The notes beneath the pieces were generated by a model. That model did not search any database and was not told where the DNA came from. It saw only the letters and a program-made list of their open reading frames with translations. Positions 56,641 to 64,000 of a stretch of DNA of 64,000 nt are shown here, piece after piece (position 1 is the stretch's first letter; every line of letters begins with the position of its first letter). A program made the position numbers and the translations under genes. The stretch covers positions 86,398 to 150,397 of the forward strand of contig JAQWOM010000009.1 in the NCBI GenBank assembly GCA_029245865.1, given 5' to 3'. Origin of the DNA: Planctomycetota bacterium. Its GTDB lineage: Bacteria > Planctomycetota > B15-G4.

Positions 56641-57663
56641 TCACGAGCGCCGAATTTGCTCCACGGTAGCCCGTAGGCAGGCATCGAGATCGTCGGGCTT
56701 AACCCCGAGTTCGCGCTCAGCGCGCCCCGTGTCGAACCACATCCAACGCCCAAAGACACCGAGCATGTCTGGAGTGAACCAGACCCGGTCGGGGACAAAG
56801 GGCTCGAATGCATCCAGGACCCACCGAGCCACGCAACCCAGGGATCGCGGGAGTACGCGTGGCGAGGCATGCATGCCACCAGCCCGTGCGACTCGCTGCA
56901 CCAGTTCGTGCAATTCGAGATTCTCCCCCCCCAGAATGTAACGCCGCCCACAACGCCCCTTCTTCGCAGCGGCAAGACTTCCCTCAACAACCGTCGAGAG
57001 GGGCACGACATTGACGCCAGCTGGCGGCACAAGGTTCAGGCGACCTCGCAGAATCTGACGCACCAGGTTTGACGAGTTGGCTGGAACAAGTGACGGGCCA
57101 TAAATGGCCCCCGGATTGACAATGACCGCATCAAGCCCTCGCTGGACACCTACCTGCACCTCGACTTCTGCTTCGTGCTTCGTGTCAAAGTAAGCCGCAT
57201 CGAGCTTTTCTGCATTCCAGGCTGCGCGCTCATCAAGAAGCAACGGTTCGTCACTGAGGCCTATGGCCGCAATGCTGCTCACATGAAGCATGCGGGGCAC
57301 GCCGACCTTCAGGCAGGCCTCCACAACTCGACGCGTTCCCAGAACATTTGTGCGGGCCATCACCCCGCGAAGCCGGCGCCGATAGCCGATAACCGCCGCC
57401 GAATGGATGACCAGATCTGCCCCATCCATCGCGCCCGCGAGTTCATCTGGGCATGAGCTTTCGGCTGCCACATCACCCTCGACCAGGCCAACGCCCAGCT
57501 TTCGCAGCCAACTCCGAGTCGCGGGAGAGGATGTGGAGCGAACCAGGCCAGTGACTCGCACCCCCTCCTCGACCCATCGCTGTGCCAAGGCCGTCCCCAG
57601 AAAGCCCGTGACACCCGTCATGAACACATGGCGAGGCACCTGATCCTGCGAACTGTGACTCAT
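56641..57663 (-). CDS. NAD-dependent epimerase/dehydratase family protein
   Basis: VFMTGVTGFLGTAL Rossmann motif. Start set at MSHSSQDQ (ATG 57663). Confidence 0.7.
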   Translation of the reverse strand: MSHSSQDQVPRHVFMTGVTGFLGTALAQRWVEEGVRVTGLVRSTSSPATRSWLRKLGVGLVEGDVAAESSCPDELAGAMDGADLVIHSAAVIGYRRRLRGVMARTNVLGTRRVVEACLKVGVPRMLHVSSIAAIGLSDEPLLLDERAAWNAEKLDAAYFDTKHEAEVEVQVGVQRGLDAVIVNPGAIYGPSLVPANSSNLVRQILRGRLNLVPPAGVNVVPLSTVVEGSLAAAKKGRCGRRYILGGENLELHELVQRVARAGGMHASPRVLPRSLGCVARWVLDAFEPFVPDRVWFTPDMLGVFGRWMWFDTGRAERELGVKPDDLDACLRATVEQIRRS

Positions 57664-57693
57664 GATCTGTTGCCCGTGCGCTCTTTGCTCGCC

Positions 57694-58353
57694 ATGATGC
57701 TCGCCATGATCCTGCAAACCATCCCCGTCGGCCCGCTCCAGTGCAACTGCTCTATCCTTGGTGACGAGGAGACCGGCACCGCCATCGTCATCGATCCGGG
57801 GGACGAAGCCGAGCGCGTAGCCGGAGTCGTGAGAAAACTAGGGCTCACCGTTTCACACATCGTACATACCCATGCGCACATCGATCACATTGGTGGAAGT
57901 GCCGAGTTCAAACGACTCTGCGGTGGCAAGGCATTGCTGCACGAAGGCGACCAATGGCTCTATGAGCACCTCGAGATGCAAGGGCAAATGATCGGCATGT
58001 CCATCACGGAAGCCGTTGCGCTCGACGCGAAACTCCAAGAGGGTGACCGCTTCGACCTCGGCCACGACAAGCTTGAGGTGCTTCACACCCCAGGACACTC
58101 TCCTGGAAGTTGCACTTTTGTCATCGAACGTGACGGCCGACAGCTTGTCTTTGCAGGCGACACTCTGTTCGCGGGAAGCATCGGACGAACAGATCTTTGG
58201 GGAGGAGACTCGGAAGAAATCCTGAGCAGCTTGCGCGGAAAGCTCATGGAGCTAGATGACGATGCCGAAGTCATCACCGGGCACGGCGCTTCTACGACGA
58301 TTGGTGCCGAACGGCGAAACAATCCGTTCATCACAGGGCAATACCGGATTTGA
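57694..58353 (+). CDS. MBL-fold metallo-hydrolase (hydroxyacylglutathione hydrolase-like)
   Basis: HTHAHIDH (HxHxDH) motif. PVGPLQCNCSILG N-terminus typical of glyoxalase II-like proteins. Start uncertain. Confidence 0.75.
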   Translation: MMLAMILQTIPVGPLQCNCSILGDEETGTAIVIDPGDEAERVAGVVRKLGLTVSHIVHTHAHIDHIGGSAEFKRLCGGKALLHEGDQWLYEHLEMQGQMIGMSITEAVALDAKLQEGDRFDLGHDKLEVLHTPGHSPGSCTFVIERDGRQLVFAGDTLFAGSIGRTDLWGGDSEEILSSLRGKLMELDDDAEVITGHGASTTIGAERRNNPFITGQYRI

Positions 58354-59054
58354 ACCACGTGAACGATCGCTCCGTACAACTTCCGTTCACCACTCAACAG
58401 ACGTGCATTCTGGCGTCACCCAGCACGCCGTCCAGTGAGTCCCCGCCGCCCTTGCTTGTGGCCATCCACGGCTACGCGCAGACAGGTGAACGCCACCAAC
58501 GGTGGACGAAACAGTCCGTGCCAGCGCATTTTGCAGCTGCCTTTCCTGACGGGTTTCACCGCTTCGAAGTCCGTCGCTCCGGGCGAAAACCTCGCATAGG
58601 CTTTGCCTGGTACACCTACACCGACGACCGGCCAGCCTTCCTGGCCAGTCTCGTAGAAAGTGAAGCCTCACTCTGGCGCATGATTGACCGCCTGGCTGAA
58701 GAACTGGGTGCTGACGGATCTCGCGTCTGGCTCACCGGCTTTTCACAAGGTGCGTACCTTGTGAATTACGCCAGCATGATGCACCCCGAGCGCATTGCGG
58801 GTTGGGTCGCACAATGCGGCAACATGCGCGAAGACTACCTCCAGGGGTACAAACCCGATCTCTCGGGAAAGCCTGTCCTGTTGCAATACGGCGAACATGA
58901 CGAAGCTCTCCCTCGCGGATCCGCCAGTTCTTGTCGTGACCTACTCGTCGCTCATGGAGCCGACGTCACTTTTTCCATGCACGATGCACCACACGCCATT
59001 ACTCCTGGTATGGCCGACGAGGCGAGAGTGTTCATGGAGACCCACGAACCCTGA
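58350..59054 (+). CDS. Alpha/beta hydrolase, phospholipase/carboxylesterase family
   Basis: Nucleophile elbow GFSQGA. Conserved His near the C-terminus (HDAPH). Confidence 0.65.
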   Translation: MNHVNDRSVQLPFTTQQTCILASPSTPSSESPPPLLVAIHGYAQTGERHQRWTKQSVPAHFAAAFPDGFHRFEVRRSGRKPRIGFAWYTYTDDRPAFLASLVESEASLWRMIDRLAEELGADGSRVWLTGFSQGAYLVNYASMMHPERIAGWVAQCGNMREDYLQGYKPDLSGKPVLLQYGEHDEALPRGSASSCRDLLVAHGADVTFSMHDAPHAITPGMADEARVFMETHEP

Positions 59055-59100
59055 CGCTTGATGGGCGCACACACGCGCTCCGTGAACCGACTTTGTCGCG

Positions 59101-59523
59101 TCACAACGATCCGACAACGTGCAAGATCAGCACCCGTCGATGAGCATGGGTCCGGTGCTCCGCGAGGAAGACGCCTTGCCAGGTTCCCAGGCCGAGCGCT
59201 CCATCAACGATTGGAATCACTTCCGACGTTCTGGTCACAGCCGAACGCAAGTGGGCAGGCATGTCATCGGAACCTTCAGCCGTGTGCGTGTAGTGGGGGT
59301 CGCCATCTGGAGCAAGGCGTTCGAGCCAAGCCAGCAGGTCGTGGCCAGCCGAAGGGTCCGCATTTTCCTGGATCAGAAGACTGGCCGAAGTGTGCTTGCA
59401 GAAAATCGTGACCTGCCCGCTGCGCACCCCTGCCTCATGAACGAAAGCAGCCACCTGCTTTGTGATCTCGTGGAGACCGCGGCCGGGCGTCTGGACCTCA
59501 AGCAGTTGCTGGGCCTGGAACAT
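59101..59523 (-). CDS. YjbQ/UPF0047 family protein (secondary thiamine-phosphate synthase-like)
   Basis: MFQAQQLLEVQTPGRGLHEIT...HTSASL...GTWQG pattern of the YjbQ family. Start set at the internal Met (59523) because the ORF-track extension overlaps tRNA-Gln. Confidence 0.7.
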   Translation of the reverse strand: MFQAQQLLEVQTPGRGLHEITKQVAAFVHEAGVRSGQVTIFCKHTSASLLIQENADPSAGHDLLAWLERLAPDGDPHYTHTAEGSDDMPAHLRSAVTRTSEVIPIVDGALGLGTWQGVFLAEHRTHAHRRVLILHVVGSL

Positions 59524-59560
59524 GGTGCGAGCCACCGAGAAGGCCTGAGAAGTTCCGCGT

Positions 59561-59634
59561 GGTTCCCGAACTTGGATTCGAACCAAGATCGCCGGTTCCA
59601 GAGACCGGTGTCCTGCCGTTGGACGATTCGGGAA
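59561..59634 (-). tRNA. tRNA-Gln (anticodon CUG)
   Basis: Minus strand: acceptor TCCCGAA / TTCGGGA (U1-A72), U8, D-arm GTCC-AACGGCA-GGAC (G18G19 present), anticodon stem CCGGT/ACCGG with loop CTCTGGA (U33, C34-U35-G36), T-arm CTTGG-TTCGAAT-CCAAG, discriminator A, encoded CCA. Confidence 0.75.
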
Positions 59635-59748
59635 GACGACGCGAAAACGGCATGATTATGAGAGTGTTGCCGCTTGGGTCAACGCTCGCCCGCTGATCTA
59701 GCCACCCACATTCACGAAGATCTGCATCCCTCCGACCACTCGACCATC

Positions 59749-60648
59749 ATGCCCACCTCCAACACCCCCTCCCTGCCCACCTTCCTGGGCCTGCCTGATG
59801 CGGGCGAATCGGCCGATCTCGCCATTGTCTGCGCGCCCTACGACCTCACCAGCACCTATGGAAAAGGAGCCGACACCGGGCCGCACGCCCTGCTGACCGC
59901 TTCGAGGTCTGTAGAAACGTGGGAGGAAGAGACCGGCTTCGACCTCGAATCCATGCGCTACTCAGTGCGATGGCCTGAGGACAGCGCAGGCTTTCGGCAG
60001 CTTGCCCCTGAAGCCATGGTCCAAGCCATGCAAAGCCTGCATGAACAGGTTCTCGACGCAGGCCAGATTGGGCTGGGTCTCGGAGGAGAGCACTCCATCA
60101 CTTACGGTCAGTTCGCGGCTTTGAAAGAGCGCCACCCGGATCTTTCAGTTTTACAAATCGACGCACACCTAGATCTTCGCGACAGCTACGAAGGCAGTCG
60201 GCACAATCACGCCTGCATCGCGGCACGCTTCCTGGAGGATGGTGCAGACATCGTCCAAGTCGGCACGCGCAGTTGCAGCCGTGAAGAAGCCGAACTCGTT
60301 GAACGCCAAGGCCTGACGCCTTATTGGGCTCGCCACATCACAGGGCGCGTGGCCTATCACCGAGAGATCCTGGAGAGGCTTGCCGGGCACCCGGTCTTCG
60401 TGACCGTGGATCTGGACGGCTTCGACCCATCCGTCGTTCCAGCAACCGGCACGCCCGAGCCAGGTGGGTTGACCTGGTTCGACGTCACTCGCTTGCTTGC
60501 CATGATCGGGCGTCATTGCAACGTTGTCGGAGCCGACATCACCGAGCTCGCACCCCATGACAACAGCCGTACGAGCGAGTTTCTCGCAGCGCGGCTCGCA
60601 TCCAAGATGATTGCTTATTTCTGGGCACCCGGCCGGCCGCAGAGCTAG
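59749..60648 (+). CDS. speB: Agmatinase / ureohydrolase (arginase family)
   Basis: GGEHSIT, QIDAHLDLRD, VTVDLDGFDPSVVPATGTPEPGG match the Mn-binding motifs GGDH / DAHxD / DxDxxDP. Start placed at MPTSNTPSLPTFLGLP. ORF-track start 59674. Confidence 0.8.
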   Translation: MPTSNTPSLPTFLGLPDAGESADLAIVCAPYDLTSTYGKGADTGPHALLTASRSVETWEEETGFDLESMRYSVRWPEDSAGFRQLAPEAMVQAMQSLHEQVLDAGQIGLGLGGEHSITYGQFAALKERHPDLSVLQIDAHLDLRDSYEGSRHNHACIAARFLEDGADIVQVGTRSCSREEAELVERQGLTPYWARHITGRVAYHREILERLAGHPVFVTVDLDGFDPSVVPATGTPEPGGLTWFDVTRLLAMIGRHCNVVGADITELAPHDNSRTSEFLAARLASKMIAYFWAPGRPQS

Positions 60649-60732
60649 CGCGACAACGCACACCGCGTCCCGAAACAATGCGCAGATCCCCTGGAAGCTT
60701 TCACCAGTGAAGGTGTTCCTGAAAAAAAAGCG

Positions 60733-61293
60733 TCAGGGGCGATTCGTACCCAGTTCCCGATACGGGGAGCGGGTAAAGAGCCAGCAACTCACAAAGCCAA
60801 TCACGCACACGCAGACCAGAGTCGAGGACGCATTCTGCATCAAGATGCTCGGCCACAAGACACCTGCAGCAGGAGTGATCGCACTGTCGGCGACCCCGTT
60901 CGCAGTGGACCCCGACCACTCGAGAGTCAACACCGCCCATTGCAGCGCACCGAGAATGAACCCTCGCCGCATCACCACAAGCACGCGCCCCGTGTCTTTG
61001 GTCAAAAGCCAGATCGACGAGATCCAGGCGCCGACAAACAACATTCCCGGACTCCAACTGCGCAGCACGTCTCCCGGTGAGTAGCCAAAGGCGAACACAA
61101 CAAGCATTGCCGAAAGCGCTCCAAGGACAACGCCGACCAAAAGCGCTTCCGGGGATGCAGGACCTGAAGCCACTAACGAGACGTGCGAGTTCGCATCTCG
61201 GTAGGCGGTTTCGTCCAGCGTTGCGATTTCAGATCGCGGCACGACCATCTCACGGCCCACCGAAACCTGCTGCAGCGGCGAATCTACGCCCAT
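60733..61293 (-). CDS. Hypothetical membrane protein (about 4 TM)
   Basis: Hydrophobic helices. No family recognised. Confidence 0.4.
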   Translation of the reverse strand: MGVDSPLQQVSVGREMVVPRSEIATLDETAYRDANSHVSLVASGPASPEALLVGVVLGALSAMLVVFAFGYSPGDVLRSWSPGMLFVGAWISSIWLLTKDTGRVLVVMRRGFILGALQWAVLTLEWSGSTANGVADSAITPAAGVLWPSILMQNASSTLVCVCVIGFVSCWLFTRSPYRELGTNRP

Positions 61294-61590
61294 CTTGAAC
61301 CCCCGCGTTCTCGCGCCAGTACGTGGCCTCTAAAAGCAACCGCGTGCCGACACTGATACATGTGATTCTCGAACCACCTCAAATCGCACGAACACCCTGG
61401 ACGATTCGAGATCACACCCCCTGAGGTTCAGGAACAAGTGCCTGACCTCCCTCTCTGCAGAGGGTCAGCCTAGCCAAATGGTCAAGGGCTCACCAAGCAC
61501 AGATCCTTCAGGCCTCCACGTACCGAGCGCACATTGTGGACAACCTTGAGAGGAGCCTCTGAGACAGGGCCGGGCAGCCCGAGGCAGCCT

Positions 61591-62424
61591 CTAGCTTGAG
61601 GCTGCGTCCGCAGCAGTTGCCTCACCACCGCACTCCTTACGGCGCAATGCCCAGGTGGAAAGGAAAAGCGCCAGAGCCCCCATCACTCCGATCCACGCCA
61701 CGGACCAACCAGCGGCCATGGGCTCCACATCCATTAAATTTGTGGTCCGAAGGCGGTAGCCCTCATTCCCTGTGAGATGGAAAAGGATGTTTCGGGAGTG
61801 AAAACCCATGGAGAAGGTGGCGAAGTTCTGGGGCAAGAAAGCCGTCAGCATCTCGAGGACGAAAACGTAGATAAACGACACCATCACGGCACGCCGCAGA
61901 AACAGACCGAAGAGCAGAAAAACTGCGGCATAAGCCATGGTCAACCAGCTCAACACAAGCACCGTGCTGAGCAGTTCGGGGAGATAGTGAGTGAGAGCCT
62001 CATGAAACCCCGCCATCGAGAGCAGGAATTTTGCCAGCACCGGGGGAAGCACCAAAAACAGGCCGCGGCGCACCGCCGCTGCCCAACGCCCCAGAACAAG
62101 CGCAGCACGCGAAACGGGCATACCAACCACGTAGTGAGCAGTCCCGCCAGCCCATTCGTCACCAAAAGAAGCCGTCCCAAGAAAGATCATGGTCAGTGGG
62201 AGGATGAACAAGATGTATTGACCATTCACCCCGCTTGCGAAGGAGTTGAATCCATGTGCACGAGCCGAATCCGACAGGCTCAGCGCGACGATTTGCAGAA
62301 TCACTGGGATCCACACCAAGAGCAGAAGGCCGACGAGTCGACGTCCCCGTGGAGCACCCGTGGTGTTTGTACGCATGACGACACGTGTCGCGGCAAAACC
62401 GCGCGGAGCCTTGGGGGCATTCAT
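61591..62424 (-). CDS. ABC-2 type transporter permease
   Basis: 277 aa, about 6 TM. 4-nt overlap with the upstream ATPase gene. Confidence 0.65.
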   Translation of the reverse strand: MNAPKAPRGFAATRVVMRTNTTGAPRGRRLVGLLLLVWIPVILQIVALSLSDSARAHGFNSFASGVNGQYILFILPLTMIFLGTASFGDEWAGGTAHYVVGMPVSRAALVLGRWAAAVRRGLFLVLPPVLAKFLLSMAGFHEALTHYLPELLSTVLVLSWLTMAYAAVFLLFGLFLRRAVMVSFIYVFVLEMLTAFLPQNFATFSMGFHSRNILFHLTGNEGYRLRTTNLMDVEPMAAGWSVAWIGVMGALALFLSTWALRRKECGGEATAADAASS

Positions 62425-63362
62425 GCGCGACCTGCCCGCTTTTCGACGAGGTAAGCAAAGACCGACGTCAGGTCGTCATCGAGCGGCTCGATGGAACACA
62501 CGTCGAGTTCCCTATCGACAGCGGCCTGCCCCAGAAACGCACACAAGCGATCCGGGTGCCGGGTCTCCACCACCAACGCGTTCGTTTCCAGCACAAGGCC
62601 CGAGAGGAGCCCGTCTTCCTGAAGCAATCGCGTGGCAAAGAAACGGGGCTTTTCGGCAACGAGACGGATGCGTCGCGCATGCGTGTCGAGCTTGTCACGA
62701 ATTTCCGCCACGGTGCCTTCCGCCAGCACTTGCCCATGACGCATGAGGACAATCGAGTCCGTCATGGCTTCGATCTCGTGAAGTACGTGGCTGCTGACCA
62801 CCACGGTCTTGCCTTCATCCCCCAGTTCGCGGGTCAGGCGGATGTAATCTCGGCGCATCACGGGGTCGAGGCCTGTGAGCGGCTCGTCCATGACCAGGAT
62901 ATCCGGATCATGAAGCATCGCCTGGGCCAGCTTGAGGCGTTGTCGCATCCCCTTGCTAAAGCCTCCTGATCGGCGATCAATGGCGTCCGAAAGCCCCACT
63001 CGTTCGAGAACCTCCACGGCCCGCTGCTTTCCTGCGGCCCGGCTGAACCCCCGCATCGCGGCCTGATCTTCAAGGAAACGGCGCGCGGTCAGTTCGTCGT
63101 ACAACGCATCTCCGTCTGCCACGTAGCCGATGCGCGACAAAGCATCCAGATTGTTGCGCAATGGATGCCCATCGAGCAGAACACGGCCAGAGCCTGGCAG
63201 GGCGAGCCCTGTCAGCAGCCGGATCAACGTCGTTTTTCCCGCGCCGTTCGGTCCCAGCAAGCCGGTGACGCCTTTCGTAAATTCCAGATCCACGGAATTC
63301 AGTGCGATGACATCGCCAAACCAGCGACTCACACTCTCGATGCGCACGACTCCGCTGCTCAC
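62421..63362 (-). CDS. ABC transporter ATP-binding protein
   Basis: Walker A GPNGAGKTT, signature SGGFSKGMRQRL, Walker B ILVMDEP, H-loop SSHVL. Start set at GTG 63362 (GTGA overlap with the upstream permease stop). ORF-track start 63419. Confidence 0.85.
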   Translation of the reverse strand: MSSGVVRIESVSRWFGDVIALNSVDLEFTKGVTGLLGPNGAGKTTLIRLLTGLALPGSGRVLLDGHPLRNNLDALSRIGYVADGDALYDELTARRFLEDQAAMRGFSRAAGKQRAVEVLERVGLSDAIDRRSGGFSKGMRQRLKLAQAMLHDPDILVMDEPLTGLDPVMRRDYIRLTRELGDEGKTVVVSSHVLHEIEAMTDSIVLMRHGQVLAEGTVAEIRDKLDTHARRIRLVAEKPRFFATRLLQEDGLLSGLVLETNALVVETRHPDRLCAFLGQAAVDRELDVCSIEPLDDDLTSVFAYLVEKRAGRA

Positions 63363-64000
63363 GCTACGATCTCCACCGGGCGGATGCGGCGCAGCAGCAC
63401 AGTGAGAGCCAACGCGCACCAGGCCCCGAGCACCATGGCTGAATCTCCAACAGAAACACCTGCATTTGCTGCGAGAACAGTCTCATTCCCGAGCACCCAT
63501 GCAGCACAGTGCGAAAGGTTGAAGTACAGCGACATCAGTTGCGTGGAAGGCGAAAGAAAGTTCGCCTGCAAGTTAGAACTGAGTACACCCTCCACCATCA
63601 CAATCAGGCCCACCCACAGGATGGATGCGTTGCGTGCGCGACGTGAAAGTGCCGAGACGGCCAGGATGAGAATCGAGAGGACGCCTACGTAGAGGGCTCC
63701 CACCACAACGGAACGCAACATCAAATCTGCCAGTCGTGCTGTTTCTTCGGCTTCAAATCCGTCCAGGAAGGCCTGCAAGGTAATCAGCAAACACACCGGG
63801 ATCACGGTCACAAGCGCGAGAAAGAAAGCAATGATTGCGAGCTTTCCCAGCACGTACTGCCAGACGGCCAACGGACGGCTCAAATACATTTCCAACGCAT
63901 TGACTCGTCGATCTTCGGCGATCAAGCCGGCGCCGACGACGACTGTAATGACGAGGCAAACCCAGATCTGAACTTCCATGAAGTACTGCCAGACTGTCTG
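63359..64000 (-). CDS. ABC-2 type transporter permease. 5' end probably lies beyond the window edge.
   Basis: IAEDRRVNALEMYLSRPL resembles the conserved ABC-2 permease motif that normally sits 60-80 aa from the N-terminus. Only 22 aa precede it here, so the gene likely continues past position 64000. Confidence 0.6.
   Translation of the reverse strand, partial: QTVWQYFMEVQIWVCLVITVVVGAGLIAEDRRVNALEMYLSRPLAVWQYVLGKLAIIAFFLALVTVIPVCLLITLQAFLDGFEAEETARLADLMLRSVVVGALYVGVLSILILAVSALSRRARNASILWVGLIVMVEGVLSSNLQANFLSPSTQLMSLYFNLSHCAAWVLGNETVLAANAGVSVGDSAMVLGAWCALALTVLLRRIRPVEIVA

Noticed and set aside
1-64000. CRISPR arrays, rRNA genes, transposases, integrases and phage genes
   Set aside because: I scanned both strands for regular direct repeats and for transposase/integrase-like translations and found none. 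The window looks like core chromosome.

Overview
This is a high-GC (roughly 60-65% by eye) bacterial chromosomal segment that is densely coding on both strands. Many genes are coupled by 4-nt ATGA/GTGA overlaps.

The content is mostly core housekeeping:
- the 5' part of prfB with its programmed +1 frameshift site
- separate coaB and coaC
- rsmD, rluB, folC, aroB, aroK, dprA, glnE, fabZ-like, lgt, rnhB-like, rnd and speB
- a trkA-trkH-trkH operon
- an ABC-2 transporter
- two tRNAs that the ORF track missed: tRNA-Glu(CUC) and tRNA-Gln(CUG)

These are interspersed with envelope, secreted and signalling proteins typical of Planctomycetota- or Myxococcota-like genomes:
- an FG-GAP beta-propeller protein
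- a VWA membrane protein
- HEAT and TPR proteins, including a TPR-CHAT protein
- two carboxypeptidase-regulatory-like repeat proteins
- an LPS kinase and a heptosyltransferase
- a PilZ protein

The most unusual locus is a single 1700-aa ORF that fuses a Ser/Thr protein kinase, TPR repeats, a GAF domain, a sigma-54 activator AAA+ domain with an intact GAFTGA motif, and a Fis-type HTH.

I found no rRNA, CRISPR array, transposase, integrase or phage genes. The window looks like core chromosome, not an accessory island.

All calls come from reading the translated ORFs against remembered family motifs. No database searches were run, and start codons are often uncertain.
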